From Eledone cirrhosa (lineage: Eukaryota), in contig OZ024751.1 of assembly GCA_964016885.1 (NCBI GenBank), positions 26,722,001 through 26,786,000 of the forward strand: 64,000 bases of DNA. Direction: 5' to 3'. The position numbers and the translations under genes were made by a program. This document shows, piece after piece, positions 1-14,114 of the stretch. The notes under the pieces were generated by a model that ran no database searches, was not told the origin of the DNA, and was given only the letters and a program-made list of their open reading frames with translations. Positions within the stretch are counted from its first letter, which is position 1. Every line of letters starts with the position of its first letter.

Positions 1-40
<40 letters not shown>

Positions 41-776
41 ACAGACTCTCATTGTAGAAATGTCATTGAACTTTTTCTAGACTTCCCAATTGAGGTGTTT
101 ATGAAATAGTCTTATGTACCACATGACATCACTTCTCAGTTCAGAGCAAAATAACAAAACTAAGAAATAAAAGACAAAAAACAAGAATGCAAAGCAAGCA
201 ATATTATAGAAAACTAGAGGAAGAAATATGATGACATAAGATATTCTTAATATGAAAGTAGAGAGAAAATTAAACTAAATATCAAATATTATTATCAATA
301 CACGCACTAAAGAGCAACCCGAAGGTGAAAATATCATCCATTGATAATAAACGACCTTCTAGTACAAACTACAATCAACAAATACACTCATTCACCAATC
401 CCTGAACACCTTAAAGAAACATTTCTGCCAGGTTGTTCACATTAACCAATCAAAAGCCTCAGATTCATCAACTGTTAAAACGAGCGAAGCAGTTTTGTAA
501 ACAAAATGGTGGCCGTATGTTAAGTTATCATAATGAAGGTCGTTTGTAAAGGCGGAAATGACAAGAATTTTGTAACATCCGCATTTTATTTATGTTGTAA
601 ATATTATAGGGATTGAAACACACTTATCGGCCTTATAGGGGTCATTTAGTTCACATTATGAAACAGTACAAATACACTTAGAAATTGCAATACATTAATT
701 CGTTTATACTTACATATATACAAACATATACACACACACATCTGCACTTTTATTTATATATATGTTATACATACGT

Positions 777-834
<58 letters not shown>

Positions 835-876
835 TTGTGTGTATGTGTATGTGTGTTATACGTTTATACATATAAG

Positions 877-935
<59 letters not shown>

Positions 936-1101
936 TTTTTGAATGCAAGTTTCCTCATCTGAAAACGTGTGTTGAAACATATTGTTATACTTTAGGAGGA
1001 CCATGCTGCCAATAAAAACACACGCACCTGTTGGTTTTCACTTTAATTTATTACAAATTTGCGGTTGATTGGTTGGTTCGAAAACCAGGTAGTTTTTTTA
1101 T

Positions 1102-1609
1102 ATATTGTCAAAGCTCTTTCGTCACACATTCTGTGACCTCCTCACTGACTGGGTTTTTATTTTGTGTTGCTCTCCTTTGTTCTGTCCTACACCATCTTGT
1201 TTTTGTGTGTTGTGTGTTTAGTTTGCGCATGTGTTACATCCGGGGAGGGGGGGGGGGGTGTATGTTTTTATTTATTTATGTATTTATTTACTTGTCACTA
1301 GTTGGTTGTTTGTTCTATCTGTGTGTGTCTGATTTGTTTTGTTAGTTTGGTTTTTGTGTGTGTCTGCATGTCTTCATTTTGTCCTTAATTACTAGTTGTG
1401 ATGTTGCTATTCCACTCATGTTTTCTGTTTAATTTTCGTTGGAGTTCGCTTATATTTGTTGCCTCTGTGATTTGTCTGAGCATTACATCTTTTCTGTGTG
1501 TATAATTTTTATCTCTATCTTCTCCAGTGTGCCCCTATGTTCTATTTTGGCATGTTGATGGAGTACTGATGAGTTTTTCCCATCCTGAAGTTCTCGCCAG
1601 TGTTCACTT
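1102..1609 (-). mobile_element. 5'-truncated Penelope-like (Naiad-type) element: end of GIY-YIG domain plus 3' UTR/pLTR
   Basis: Reverse complement aligns along its length with ~30759-31265 (e.g. gtgaacactgg(c/t)gagaact...aaactcatcagtactcca; agacacacacagatagaacaaacaaccaact). Confidence 0.85.
1106..1149 (-). ncRNA. Minimal type-I hammerhead-like motif (C3 mutated) in PLE 3' end
   Basis: Minus strand reads gtca-GTGAGGA-g-gtcaca-gaatg-tgtgac-GAAA-gagctt-tgac; stem II gtcaca/tgtgac and stem I gtca/tgac pair. Confidence 0.6.
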
Positions 1610-1639
1610 TTCTCAATTCAGTTGGCTAAACATTACTTG

Positions 1640-1790
1640 AACCTGAAATTGAAAGGGTAGCCTTAGGACACACTGTATCATGCCGAATCTCCCTGAGAAC
1701 TACGCTAATGGTAACACGTGTCAGTGGAATGTTCAGCCACGTGCGCGTTTATTTCACGAGCAGACCTTTCCATTGTTCGTACCACCGGAA
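1640..1790 (+). mobile_element. SINE family B, 3' part
   Basis: cacactgt...gagaact...cacgtgtcagtggaatgttcagcca...atttcacg matches the 3' half of the full copy at 18476-18752. Confidence 0.7.
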
Positions 1791-2311
1791 CACTTCCCCG
1801 TTAACCTAATTATTCGTTGTTGTTCGTTAATCGTTGTTGTTCGTTTAGGGTTGAAATTCCCCATTATCGGAATAGAATTGTTCTCTACAGAACAAGATAT
1901 CGTAGACTAACGTAGACTAACGCAGATTAACGTAGATTAGTTATTGTAAGATTAGTAACACCTGGTTTGTTTGTTTCGCTACTTTAATAGTTTCTAGAGA
2001 TTAGGTGGGATTTAAGAAGCTAAAGCATATTTGTTCAGTGAAACGTAATTTAATAAACACAAACATACAAAAAAATAATGGTTGCTACAAGATAATTAAA
2101 AATAGGTTGTGTAGAGAGAAAAGACCACCCTGGTAGCTAAGAAATACGGAGGGTGGGGTGGCTACAGGCTAGAGATAGAGATATAAAGTTTTAGTTATAA
2201 TATTTACCAAACAAGATAGAATAATGTAAGTAATGCGACTGAGTACAGAACATATCTCTCCAACGTCGCCGTGAAGAGAATTACTTAAACACAGCCATGC
2301 TTCTGCTCCTA

Positions 2312-2380
2312 ATCTATCTATCTTTCTGTCTGTCTATCTGTCTGTCTATCTATCTATCTATCTGTCTGTCTATCTGTCTG

Positions 2381-2469
<89 letters not shown>

Positions 2470-2480
2470 ATATCTATCTA

Positions 2481-2523
<43 letters not shown>

Positions 2524-2532
2524 GTCTATCTA
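2312..2532. repeat. (TCTA/TCTG)n tetranucleotide microsatellite
   Basis: Directly visible. Confidence 0.97.
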
Positions 2533-2555
2533 TTTTTCCACCTATCCACCCGTTC

Positions 2556-2835
2556 ATGTTAACTACGTATGTACTACATGTTTACTATATGCATACTTCA
2601 TGTTTACCGCGTATGTACTACACGTTTACTCCATGTTTACTTCATATTTATCGCGTATGTACTTACATGTTTACTACATGTTTACTACACGTTTACTACA
2701 TATTTACTACGTATATACTACATGTTTACTGCACGTTTACCACATGCTTACTACGTATGCACGACATGTTTACTACATGTTTACTACAGATTTACAACGT
2801 ATGTACTACAAGTACACTACATGCTTGTACTACAT
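2556..2835. repeat. Degenerate ~11-bp minisatellite (ACTACATGTTT-like)
   Basis: Recurrent tactacatgtt/tactacacgtt units; accounts for the periodic YYMFTT ORFs. Confidence 0.85.
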
Positions 2836-3130
2836 TATGTAAACCTCTGTATAGTACAGGGCCCATGGATGGATAGATGGATACACCCCTGTGTGTAGTA
2901 CACTAGGTAGAACTGAGTATAGGGCCCACATGTGTGTAGTACACTAGATAGAACTCTAGAACTCAGTATTGGGCCCATGGATGGATAGATGGACAGCTGA
3001 TGTATGTAGTACATATTTACAGTTGTTATATAGTGACGGATGTTAATCGAATGTGTGGGTGTTGTAAGAGAAAGGAAGACAACGTAGGTGTTCAGTGTTC
3101 TCTACAGTGTGGTAATTAGCCTGAGACAGT

Positions 3131-3247
3131 ATCAACATATCACTATGTCGTGCCTCACAACTCTTTCTATCAACATATCACTATGTCGTGCCTCACAACT
3201 CTTCCTATCAACATATCACTATGTCGTGCCTCACAACTCTTTCTATC
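3131..3247. repeat. 38-bp tandem repeat x3
   Basis: atcaacatatcactatgtcgtgcctcacaactctttct starts at 3131, 3169 and 3207. Confidence 0.95.
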
Positions 3248-3434
3248 CACATAACCTCTAATACCTTCTTCCATTACAAACTATCAAGTTTTAAAACGCC
3301 CAATTATATCAAGTTTTTAACCCCAGCCCCATCTCCTTTGTCATCTAACCTGGTTTTACCAACCCACCGCTACTCACAAATACCATCAAAAATACCCCCC
3401 CTCCTCTCTCTCCGTCTATATCTCTGTCACTCTT

Positions 3435-3475
<41 letters not shown>

Positions 3476-3508
3476 ATTCCTCCCCCTCCCTCTCTCTCTT
3501 TTACTCAC

Positions 3509-3560
3509 TCTGGTCACGGCTGCAATGCCTTTGATTTCGATCTGTTCGATCAGGGCTGAC
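3509..3560 (-). CDS. Candidate exon C (52 nt) of an unidentified minus-strand gene: (L)SALIEQIEIKGIAAVTR
   Basis: ctaag| acceptor (ct at 3561-3562) and |GTGAGT donor (actcac 3503-3508); phase-compatible with the exon at 10509-10556. Confidence 0.4.
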
Positions 3561-3865
3561 CTTAGGGAGTAAGTAGCAACACCACCACCACCACCACCAC
3601 CGCCACCAACAACAACAACAACAACAAGAACAACAACAACAACAACAACAAGAACAACAACGACAACAAGAACAACAACGACAACAACAGCAACAACACG
3701 ACAGCAACATGATCATATCAAAGATGCCGCTTAGTGCCGACAATATCTTTACTTCTTTGATTAAACACCACCACCCCATCACCGCCATCATGACCCCATG
3801 CCCCATCACCATCACCCCACTCCACCACCTCCATCATGACCCCATACCCCCACCATTACCTCACC

Positions 3866-4883
3866 CCACCACCGCCATCATGACCCCATACCCTAACCCC
3901 CACCATTACCCCACCCACCACCGCCATCATGACCGTATACCCTAACCCCCACCATTACCCCACCCCCACCACCGCCATCATGACCCCATACCCTAACCCC
4001 CACCATTACCCCACCCCCACCACCGCCATCATGACCCCATACCCTAACCCCCACCATTACCACACCCCCACCACCGCCATCATGACCCCATACCCTAACC
4101 CCCACCATTACCCCACCCCCACCACCGCCATCATGACCCCATACCCTAACCCCCACCATTACCCCACCCACCACCGCCATCATGACCGTATACCCTAACC
4201 CCCACCATTACCCCACCCCCACCACCGCCATCATGACCCCATACCCTAACCCCCACCATTACCCCACCCCCACCACCGCCATCATGACCCCATACCCTAA
4301 CCCCCACCATTACCACACCCACCACCGCCATCATGACCGTATACCCTAACCCCCACCATTACCCCACCCCCACCACCGCCATCATGACCCCATACCCTAA
4401 CCCCCAACATTACCCCACCCACCACCGCCATCATGACCGTATACCCTAACCCCCACCATTACCCCACCCCCACCACCGCCATCATGACCCCATACCCTAA
4501 CCCCCACCATTACCCCACCCCCACCACCGCCATCATGACCCCATACCCTAACCCCCACCATTACCCCACCCCCACCACCGCCATCATGACCCCATACCCT
4601 AACCCCCACCATTACCCCACCCACCACCGCCATCATGACCGTATACCCTAACCCCCACCATTACCCCACCCCCACCACCGCCATCATGACCCCATACCCT
4701 AACCCCCACCATTACCCCACCCACCACCGCCATCATGACCGTATACCCTAACCCCCACCATTACCCCACCCCCACCACCGCCATCATGACCCCATACCCT
4801 AACCCCCACCATTACCCCACCCCCACCACCGCCATCATGACCCCATACCCTAACCCCCACCATTACCACACCCCCACCACCAT
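3866..4883. repeat. 51-bp (49-bp variant) C-rich minisatellite, ~20 copies
   Basis: Unit caccaccgccatcatgaccccataccctaacccccaccattaccccacccc; gives the 17-aa repeat pseudo-ORFs. Confidence 0.97.
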
Positions 4884-4957
4884 TATATAAATCAGCCAGT
4901 TGAAGTTTTAACTCTTAAATGTCTGGAACGTCATTTTAAAATATATTTAATATGTTC

Positions 4958-5048
<91 letters not shown>

Positions 5049-5454
5049 GTTAATGTGAGGAGGTGGCCATTCTGTTGATGGAATCAACTGGAACACTCAT
5101 CATCGGAAAAGACGGAGGACCAGTCATCATCTATCCTACAGATACAATACGAGAAAAGTGTGGAATGTATCTAAAGTAGCAGCCTGTCTAACAACTGAGT
5201 TGAGGGTACACGTGGCTATGCCGTACTCAACCACTCACATATACACGTTCATGCATGAGCGAAACATTTCATTTGATCAAACAACTGAAGCCTCATCGTT
5301 ATGGTATGGTCCCATAACTCTAAGAAGTAGTAGGGTCGCCATATTGACATACGGCGTTTCTAGAGCATTTTTAAAACCTGGCGGAGTCCATCTCTTCTGC
5401 AGGCCTGAATACAGCAGATTTCTTCTAGAGAAGGATAGAGAGAGTGTAAGGAAA

Positions 5455-5560
5455 GAAGAATCGACCCTAGTATTTGACTGGTAGTTTTTTATCGACCATT
5501 AATGGATGAAAGCGAAGTTGACCTCGGCGGGATTTGAACTTAGAAAGTAGAAAACCAAAC
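5455..5560 (-). mobile_element. SINE family A, degenerate
   Basis: ttttatcgacc...ggatgaaagcgaagttgacctcggcgggatttgaact is the reverse complement of the family A core. Confidence 0.75.
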
Positions 5561-5900
5561 TGAATACTACAAAGCAGGTTTGAAGAGTAGGAAAATTCTA
5601 AGAGAGTCTGAAGCGAGTAAAGATGGCTGGATCTCGTTACATCCCTGCTGTTTGTACGGCTAGTTGTTGTAGCATTTATTTACTGTTATTGGGTTGCTTG
5701 GTAGGAAGGAAGCTTGTGGAAGCCAGCAGATGTATACCTCGTATAACATAATGCATGTTTCAGTTGTGCGCTTCATGGGATAACGTTAATTGACTGAGCA
5801 GACGATAATTAGGATCGCTCATGTGCATTGGTGTACGCATGGTAACATATGTGTATATATTGCATATGGATGTATATTTATATACACAAGCACACATATG

Positions 5901-5965
<65 letters not shown>

Positions 5966-6096
5966 GTGTGTGTATGTGTGTGTGTATGTGTATGTGTGTA
6001 TGTGTGTGTGTGTGTGTATGTATTTATATACATACATGCATACGTATGTTTGTATATATAAAAATATATATATGTAAACGTATATCTATCTATCTA

Positions 6097-6127
<31 letters not shown>

Positions 6128-6258
6128 ATATATATATATATATACATACGTATGTATATATATAGCATGAGCAGCCGAGAGGTAAAAATAATCAATACTA
6201 AAAAAAGTTGGCGGATATATACCCACACGCACGCACACAAACACACACACGCACACAC

Positions 6259-6381
<123 letters not shown>

Positions 6382-6542
6382 TATATATAATATACCCAGC
6401 CTACTCAGCAACAGCCATATCACTGTTAATTATCAGAATTATAAGCATATGAATATCCTAAAACAAGATATATGTGTATGTATATATACATAGATATATG
6501 TATATATATATGTAGTATGTATATATATGTGTATATATATAT

Positions 6543-6660
6543 ATAAATAAGTCAACAGGTTAAAATTAACTTCGTCTATTCATATTTGATGTTATATATA
6601 TTTCGGTGGTATTCATTATTCAACAGCTATCACCTCATCAGGCAGCCAGAACAGGAAAGT
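6543..6660 (-). mobile_element. Short HHR-bearing PLE-derived element, family delta (HHR 6589-6646)
   Basis: Minus strand: ctgc-CTGATGA-GGTG...CACC-GAAA-TATATATA; similar to 42900-43110 and 57925-58120. Confidence 0.7.
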
Positions 6661-6694
6661 AAAAACAGAAAAAACATAATGGAGGGACAAAGTT

Positions 6695-6918
6695 TAGTGG
6701 ATTGGCAGAATCGGTGGACGGTCGGATGCCATGCTTTGCAGTATTGAGTTACGCCCCTTTACGGTTTGAGTTCAAATCCCGCCGAGGTTAACCTTGCCTT
6801 TCATCCTTACTGGGTCGGGTCAATAAAATAAAGTACCAGTAATACACTGGGGTAGATTTAATCGACTTTCCCCTTCCCCAAAATTTCTGGCCTTGTACCT
6901 ATATAAGAAACCGTTATT
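6695..6918 (+). mobile_element. tRNA-derived SINE family A, full length
   Basis: A-box-like tggcagaatcgg, B-box gagttcaaatcc, core ttgcctttcatcctt...aataaagtaccagt, tail agaaaccgttatt. Confidence 0.85.
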
Positions 6919-7387
6919 TCGGTCCTTTGATATGTCCAGCTCCGAAGAATGGTGTTGTTTTCTCTCCGTTGAGTGCTCTAACCTGCATATTGAAGTGTGG
7001 GTAAACAACCAACTAATACTCCAAGACAACAAAGACAGAAAGTCCCATCTCCTCAGTCAACTTCTGGAAATCCCTACTGTTTCGGTGTGTTATACAAGGT
7101 GTATTATACAAGTGACTTATAATATGAAAACTTAAATGAATATTCTTACAATATTGGTGGCTACAGTTGTATAAACTAACACAGTTTCATGTGGTATTGG
7201 TTGATATCATAGACACTTTAATGCCTCTATTGTTGATTGGCAAACATCTATGCGATAATCACGTAAGTTTTGATAGAACTATGTGAAATCAAGGAGTGTT
7301 GTTTTTGTGCCCTCTTCTTGCTTTATTCTTATTCCCACTCCATTTTAAGCAACCTTAAATAGCAACTACACAACCATTTCTAATCTC

Positions 7388-7490
<103 letters not shown>

Positions 7491-7677
7491 CCATATATAT
7501 ATAATATAACAGTTTGAAAGAGTGGTGTGGGGTCAATAACCTTGGATGTCACTGAACATATATCAAGGTCATCATACAACAATATCTTGTTTACTTGATG
7601 TTTGTGTCCTGTACAATGATGGCTGACACTTACACATACATACACCTACACATATATACACACATACACATACACAC

Positions 7678-7801
<124 letters not shown>

Positions 7802-7920
7802 TGTATGTATGTATGTATGAATGTATATCTATGTATATATATGTATGTGTATATATGTATATATATATACATATATATGTATGTATATATATGTATATAT
7901 ATACATATATATATACACAT

Positions 7921-7969
<49 letters not shown>

Positions 7970-8083
7970 TTTTATTTCAGAACTGAGAAACAGAGTACTT
8001 AGTAGTTGGCTCTTATGAGACTTACTAAGTGTCTTGGCACAAAACTGAAGCCTGTTGGATTCAATTTTTCCGCCAGCAATCTC

Positions 8084-8243
<160 letters not shown>

Positions 8244-8433
8244 ATGTGTGTATACATATACCCACACACATACCTATATATATATAGGTATATATATATA
8301 TATTTATATATATATATATATTTATATATATATTTATATATATATATATATATTTATATATATAACGGCATTCCTGTCTTAACGACATCACAACTTTCTC
8401 CGCTTGGCCTGTTCTCCCCCCCTTTTGGAACTT

Positions 8434-8469
8434 TCCCCCGTTGATGGGCGTGAGCCCGAAATATTGGGA
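8434..8469 (+). ncRNA. Degenerate hammerhead-like motif
   Basis: tccc-CCGTTGA-t-GGGC-gtga-GCCC-GAAA-tatt-ggga: stems I and II intact, two changes in the CUGANGA core. Confidence 0.4.
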
Positions 8470-8672
8470 TTAAATCTCCACTACGGTAACCCTTCTACCT
8501 TTGTTTTGTTTTCATCTTTGTCTCTCTCAATTTTCACTTTCACCTGTTTCTCCTATCTATCATTCACTTCCTACCTCGAGATTCCCCTCTGCATTGTTGT
8601 GGCTTTCTTAACTACGTATTTTACACATTTCACAATGCTTCAAGCAAACTTTAACACCTCTATTTATATATA

Positions 8673-8742
<70 letters not shown>

Positions 8743-8747
8743 CATAT

Positions 8748-8865
8748 TTTTATAGAAAAGCTTCTATAAGACTAGAACATCCTTTTCTATATTAAACATT
8801 TATACTCTGCTTTGATTGAGTACATTACTTACTGTGGTTACCCCCCGATTGAACCCGGGATAAAC
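8748..8865 (+). mobile_element. Family alpha fragment (PLE-derived)
   Basis: actctgctttgattgagtacattacttactgtggttaccccccgattgaacccggga is the reverse complement of 14119-14178. Confidence 0.7.
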
Positions 8866-9515
8866 TTATACATATATATGCATGTATATATATGTGTATA
8901 TATATGTGTATATATATGTATATATATAAATGTATATATATATATATACATAGATATATATTCACATATATGCTTCTAATATACATGCATATCTAAATAT
9001 ATACATATATGTATGATGAAGTATCTATATACATGCATACATTCGTTTATCTACCACCCACCTCCTTATTTCTGTCAATTTTTCTGTCGTTAGATGCTTC
9101 TCCTCTACCTCCACCCCTTACAGTTAAAGTACATTTCAGCTATATATATATACCCGTTCACCTTCATTTGATGCCAAACTTCCTCACACTCCACCCGTTT
9201 TACACATCATTTCAGGTTCACTCTTTCTCCATCTCACCGACCTTTAGATTATCATATAACAGATACCCCTCATACCCCCCCTCCCGTTTTTATGCCATTG
9301 TCTGGTCATATCTTTGAGGATAGCTTATGGGTTTTAGTGTAGCCGTGATGTTAGCATGGCAAATAAACAGTTATGAATGTTTAACTGTGATTCAACGGTA
9401 CATAAAGATTCTTCTTTATACTGAGATTATATAAAGATTCTTCTCTATACTGAGATCACAGTAGGTTACAGTAAAGTGGTTCCATGTTTGCTGACAACAA
9501 TGGTTTTCCGCGAGT

Positions 9516-9700
9516 TAAGTTCAAAGGATCTGTGATCTAAGTTCAAGGGATCTGTGAACTATGTCCAAGGTATCTGTGAGCTGAGTTCAAGGATTCGTGA
9601 TTTAAGTTCAAGGTATCTGTGAGCTGAGTTCAAGGGATTCGTGATCTATATTCAAGGAATCTGTGAGCCAAGTTCAAGGAATCTGTGAGCTAAGTTCAAG
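9516..9700. repeat. ~21-bp tandem repeat (agttcaaggaatctgtgagct), ~9 copies
   Basis: Directly visible degenerate units. Confidence 0.9.
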
Positions 9701-10155
9701 ATTTCAAGTACTTCGTTAAAAACATGATATACACGCATTAGCTATCCAATCTTCTCAAAGTAAAAGCATTTCTCTCTTTCGATGTTACACCCACGGAGTG
9801 GGGTGTAATTTCATGGGGAGGGGAGTGTATGTTCCGTGGAAAAGGCATATCAAATAAAAGTAGTCCTTGGCATTAAAGACGTTGAAGAATTCTGTTCTAC
9901 GTTGTAGCCGCACCCACTAGAAGAGGTAAACAAATTTCCCTCAAACATCCCTTCAATTTCTTAACCACCTAGAGCAATGGCTCCCAGATATATTTTCACA
10001 CAAAAGCCTCAACGGTTTGCCCCAAATCATGGAACCCCTGCAGATATTTTACAAACAATATCCTAACTTTAATACAAGAATCTCCACACACTCGAGAGTC
10101 TTATGTAAGGCAACCTATCCATTTAGCAGATATATCCAAACTCGGTACTGTCAAC

Positions 10156-10350
10156 ACCACCACCACCAGCACCACCATCACCATTACCACCACCACCACC
10201 AGCACCAGCAACATCATCATCACCATCGTCGCCGTTATCATCATCATCATCATCGTCATTATCATCATCACCGTCATTATCATCATCACCGTCACCCTCA
10301 TCAGCACCATCAAGAACATCACCACTAATATCATCATCACCACCACCACC

Positions 10351-10396
<46 letters not shown>

Positions 10397-10432
10397 CCAT
10401 CACCACCACCAGTATCACCATCATCATCATCA
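10156..10432. repeat. (CAC/CAT)n trinucleotide tract
   Basis: Directly visible; source of the poly-His pseudo-ORF. Confidence 0.95.
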
Positions 10433-10508
10433 CACTGTTAAACCAAACAGGAAAAGTAGCTTCCATCAAATGAAACTTGAAGGTTTTCTCCATGGTAACC
10501 TGACTCAC

Positions 10509-10556
10509 AGCAGACTTATTTCTTGGCTTTCTCCTGATCGCAATGTCACGTGGTAC
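10509..10556 (-). CDS. Candidate exon B (48 nt): (W)YHVTLRSGESQEISL(L)
   Basis: tgtatag| acceptor (ct at 10557-10558), |GTGAGTCAGGT donor; phase 2-2 links exons A and C without stops. Confidence 0.42.
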
Positions 10557-10865
10557 CTATACAGTCACCACCACCGCCGCCGCCGCCTTCACCAACCATC
10601 ATCACCATCATCACCGCCTCCTCCACCACAACGACCGCCACCACCACCATTACTATCCCCATCATCACCATCACCAACACCATCACCACCACCACCACAA
10701 TCAACCCCACCATCATCACTGTAACCGCTACGACCACCACCACTACCACCACTACACCTCAGCACCATCACTACCATCATAATCATCAGCAACATCATTT
10801 CTTAAAAAGCATGATGTTCTTTATAATTCTCCTGAGTTGGAATCCGGCAAAGTTTGAGGCGATTT

Positions 10866-12664
10866 CCTGCCAGTCCAAAGACAGCCAACATCCTACCAAT
10901 GAAACAGTGTAGACTGCCATCTCCTGCCATCTCCTGCCAGTCCAAAGACAGCCAACATCCTACCAATGAAACACTGCAGGATGCCATCTCCTGCCATCTC
11001 CTGCCAGTCCAAAGACAGCCAACATCCTACCAATGAAACAGTGTAGACTGCCATCTCCTGCCATCTCCTGCCAGTCCAAAGACAGCCAACATCCTACCAA
11101 TGAAACAGTGTAGACTGCCATCTCCTGCCATCTCCTGCCAGTCCAAAGACAGCCAACATCCTACCAATGAAACACTGCAGGATGCCATCTCCTGCCATCT
11201 CCTGCCAGTCCAAAGACAGCCAACATCCTACCAATGAAACAGTGTAGACTGCCATCTCCTGCCATCTCCTGCCAGTCCAAAGACAGCCAACATCCTACCA
11301 ATGAAACAGTGTAGACTGCCATCTCCTGCCATCTCCTGCCAGTCCAAAGACAGCCAACATCCTACCAATGAAACACTGCAGGATGCCATCTCCTGCCATC
11401 TCCTGCCAGTCCAAAGACAGCCAACATCCTACCAATGAAACAGTGTAGGTTGCCATCTACTGCCATCTCCTGCCAGTCCAAAGACAGCCAACATCCTACC
11501 AATGAAACACTGCAGGATGCCATCTCCTGCCATCTCCTGCCAGTCCAAAGACAGCCAACATCCTACCAATGAAACAGTGTAGGTTGCCATCTCCTGCCAT
11601 CTCCTGCCAGTCCAAAGACAGCCAACATCCTACCAATGAAACAGTGCAGGATGCCATCTCCTGCCATCTCCTGCCAGTCCAAAGACAGCCAACATCCTAC
11701 CAATGAAACAGTGTAGACTGCCATCTCCTGCCATCTCCTGCCAGTCCAAAGACAGCCAACATCCTACCAATGAAACAGTGTAGACTGCCATCTCCTGCCA
11801 TCTCCTGCCAGTCCAAAGACAGCCAACATCCTACCAATGAAACACTGTAGGTTGCCATCTCCTGCCATCTCCTGCCAGTCCAAAGACAGCCAACATCCTA
11901 CCAATGAAACAGTGTAGACTGCCATCTCCTGCCATCTCCTGCCAGTCCAAAGACAGCCAACATCCTACCAATGAAACAGTGTAGACTGCCATCTCCTGCC
12001 ATCTCCTGCCAGTCCAAAGACAGCCAACATCCTACCAATGAAACAGTGTAGACTGCCATCTCCTGCCATCTCCTGCCAGTCCAAAGACAGCCAACATCCT
12101 ACCAATGAAACAGTGTAGACTGCCATCTCCTGCCATCTCCTGCCAGTCCAAAGACAGCCAACATCCTACCAATGAAACACTGTAGGTTGCCATCTCCTGC
12201 CATCTCCTGCCAGTCCAAAGACAGCCAACGTCCTACCAATGAAACAGTGCAGGATGCCATCTCCTGCCATCTCCTGCCAGTCCAAAGACAGCCAACATCC
12301 TACCAATGAAACAGTGTAGACTGCCATCTCCTGCCATCTCCTGCCAGTCCAAAGACAGCCAACGTCCTACCAATGAAACAGTGCAGGATGCCATCTCCTG
12401 CCATCTCCTGCCAGTCCAAAGACAGCCAACATCCTACCAATGAAACAGTGTAGACTGCCATCTCCTGCCATCTCCTGCCAGTCCAAAGACAGCCAACGTC
12501 CTACCAATGAAACAGTGCAGGATGCCATCTCCTGCCATCTCCTGCCAGTCCAAAGACAGCCAACATCCTACCAATGAAACAGTGCAGGATGCCATCTCCT
12601 GCCATCTCCTGCCAGTCCAAAGACAGCCAACATCCAACCAATGAAACAGTGCAGGATGCCATCT
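10866..12664. repeat. 67-bp minisatellite, ~27 near-identical copies
   Basis: Unit ctcctgccagtccaaagacagccaacatcctaccaatgaaacagtgtagactgccatctcctgccat; period 67 (10931 to 10998). Confidence 0.98.
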
Positions 12665-13013
12665 ATATATTACACTCTACAGTGCTTCATAAGTCTAGAA
12701 TATTTTCTCAACTATTTTCACCATTCCACTATTTTGCACTCATTTAGGTTCTAACAAGGTCATATATCTGTTTTTGGTAAACTTGCTCCAAGTATTTAGG
12801 GCGTGAAACACCTTAGCCCTCCCCCGCCATCTCTTCCTCCTCCACCATCTCTTCCTCCCCCTCCTTCTCTTCCGAAAATATATAACTTAAATTTCAAAAC
12901 AACAACAACATCAAACAGACAATCACAAAGCGTGGCAAATTATATATATATTTATTTATAAATATTATATCATAACCCCAAACATATACAAAAACATATT
13001 GTATGTATGTATG

Positions 13014-13080
<67 letters not shown>

Positions 13081-13371
13081 AATAGCACGGAAAATATATT
13101 TAAGGATCTGTTTTTCTTTTTTTTTCCTTTCGCAACTATATATATATATAAACATATACATACATATATAGATACACACACATTGCATACATATATAGAT
13201 ACACACACATTGCATACATATATAGATACACACACATTGCACATATATATATATATATATATGTAAGCATCAGTTGCCTTAACTTGGACGTAAAAAGGAT
13301 CCACGTTGAAGTAAAGTCAACGACGAACTCGATCAAACGTAAACTATACAACTACATTCGACCTGACTCAC

Positions 13372-13417
13372 CAGACCCAGGCTACACATATCCGTTTAAA
13401 ATATGTTCCAACCATCC
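13372..13417 (-). CDS. Candidate exon A (46 nt): [14 protein letters not shown](W)
   Basis: (tg)n-tgcag| acceptor (ctg 13418-13420), |GTGAGTCAGGT donor (13361-13371); only one frame is open and it matches exon B phase. Confidence 0.42.
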
Positions 13418-13435
13418 CTGCACACACACACATGC

Positions 13436-13502
<67 letters not shown>

Positions 13503-13677
13503 AGTATGTATGTATACGTACATAGATATATGTATACAGGCGTACAGTAGTATGTATATATATACACACATGCACACATATATATGCACGTATCGGTTTA
13601 CATTTAAGTGCCGTACTAAGAGTGAGAAATGAAATTTCCTTTCATTCTATTCCATTTATATATTTATACATATATAT

Positions 13678-13774
<97 letters not shown>

Positions 13775-14058
13775 CTATGACTCATAGACGTAACATATAT
13801 TGCGCTACCTTATGTTTCAAGAAATAGGTGTTCCGGCAAATGCAGACGGTACATGATGGTGCAGAATAGTATGAGCAATGGAAAAACCAATAGAAATATT
13901 GAACCTTTGATCGATCTAATGATCGGCGCCTTTCTTCTGCCAGTTGTTGTGACCGGTAGAGAGTATAAGGAAAATACAGAGTAGCAAAGAATTTTATATA
14001 TAAAGAGCTATACAATATCTCTAGCTATATAGTACAGGGTGTATCAAAGATAATCATC

Positions 14059-14113
<55 letters not shown>

Positions 14114-14114
<1 letters not shown>

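Noticed and set aside
3893-4651. 17-aa repeat Gly-rich or Pro/His-rich protein
   Set aside because: The 49-bp variant units shift the frame repeatedly; this is a non-coding minisatellite.
3890-4860. Telomere or interstitial telomeric array
   Set aside because: Only one CCCTAA per 51-bp unit; no tandem (TTAGGG)n.
10866-12664. CRISPR-like look of a constant repeat with a variable insert
   Set aside because: The variable part is only ~10 nt with five recurring related states, not unique spacers; no cas genes; eukaryotic context.
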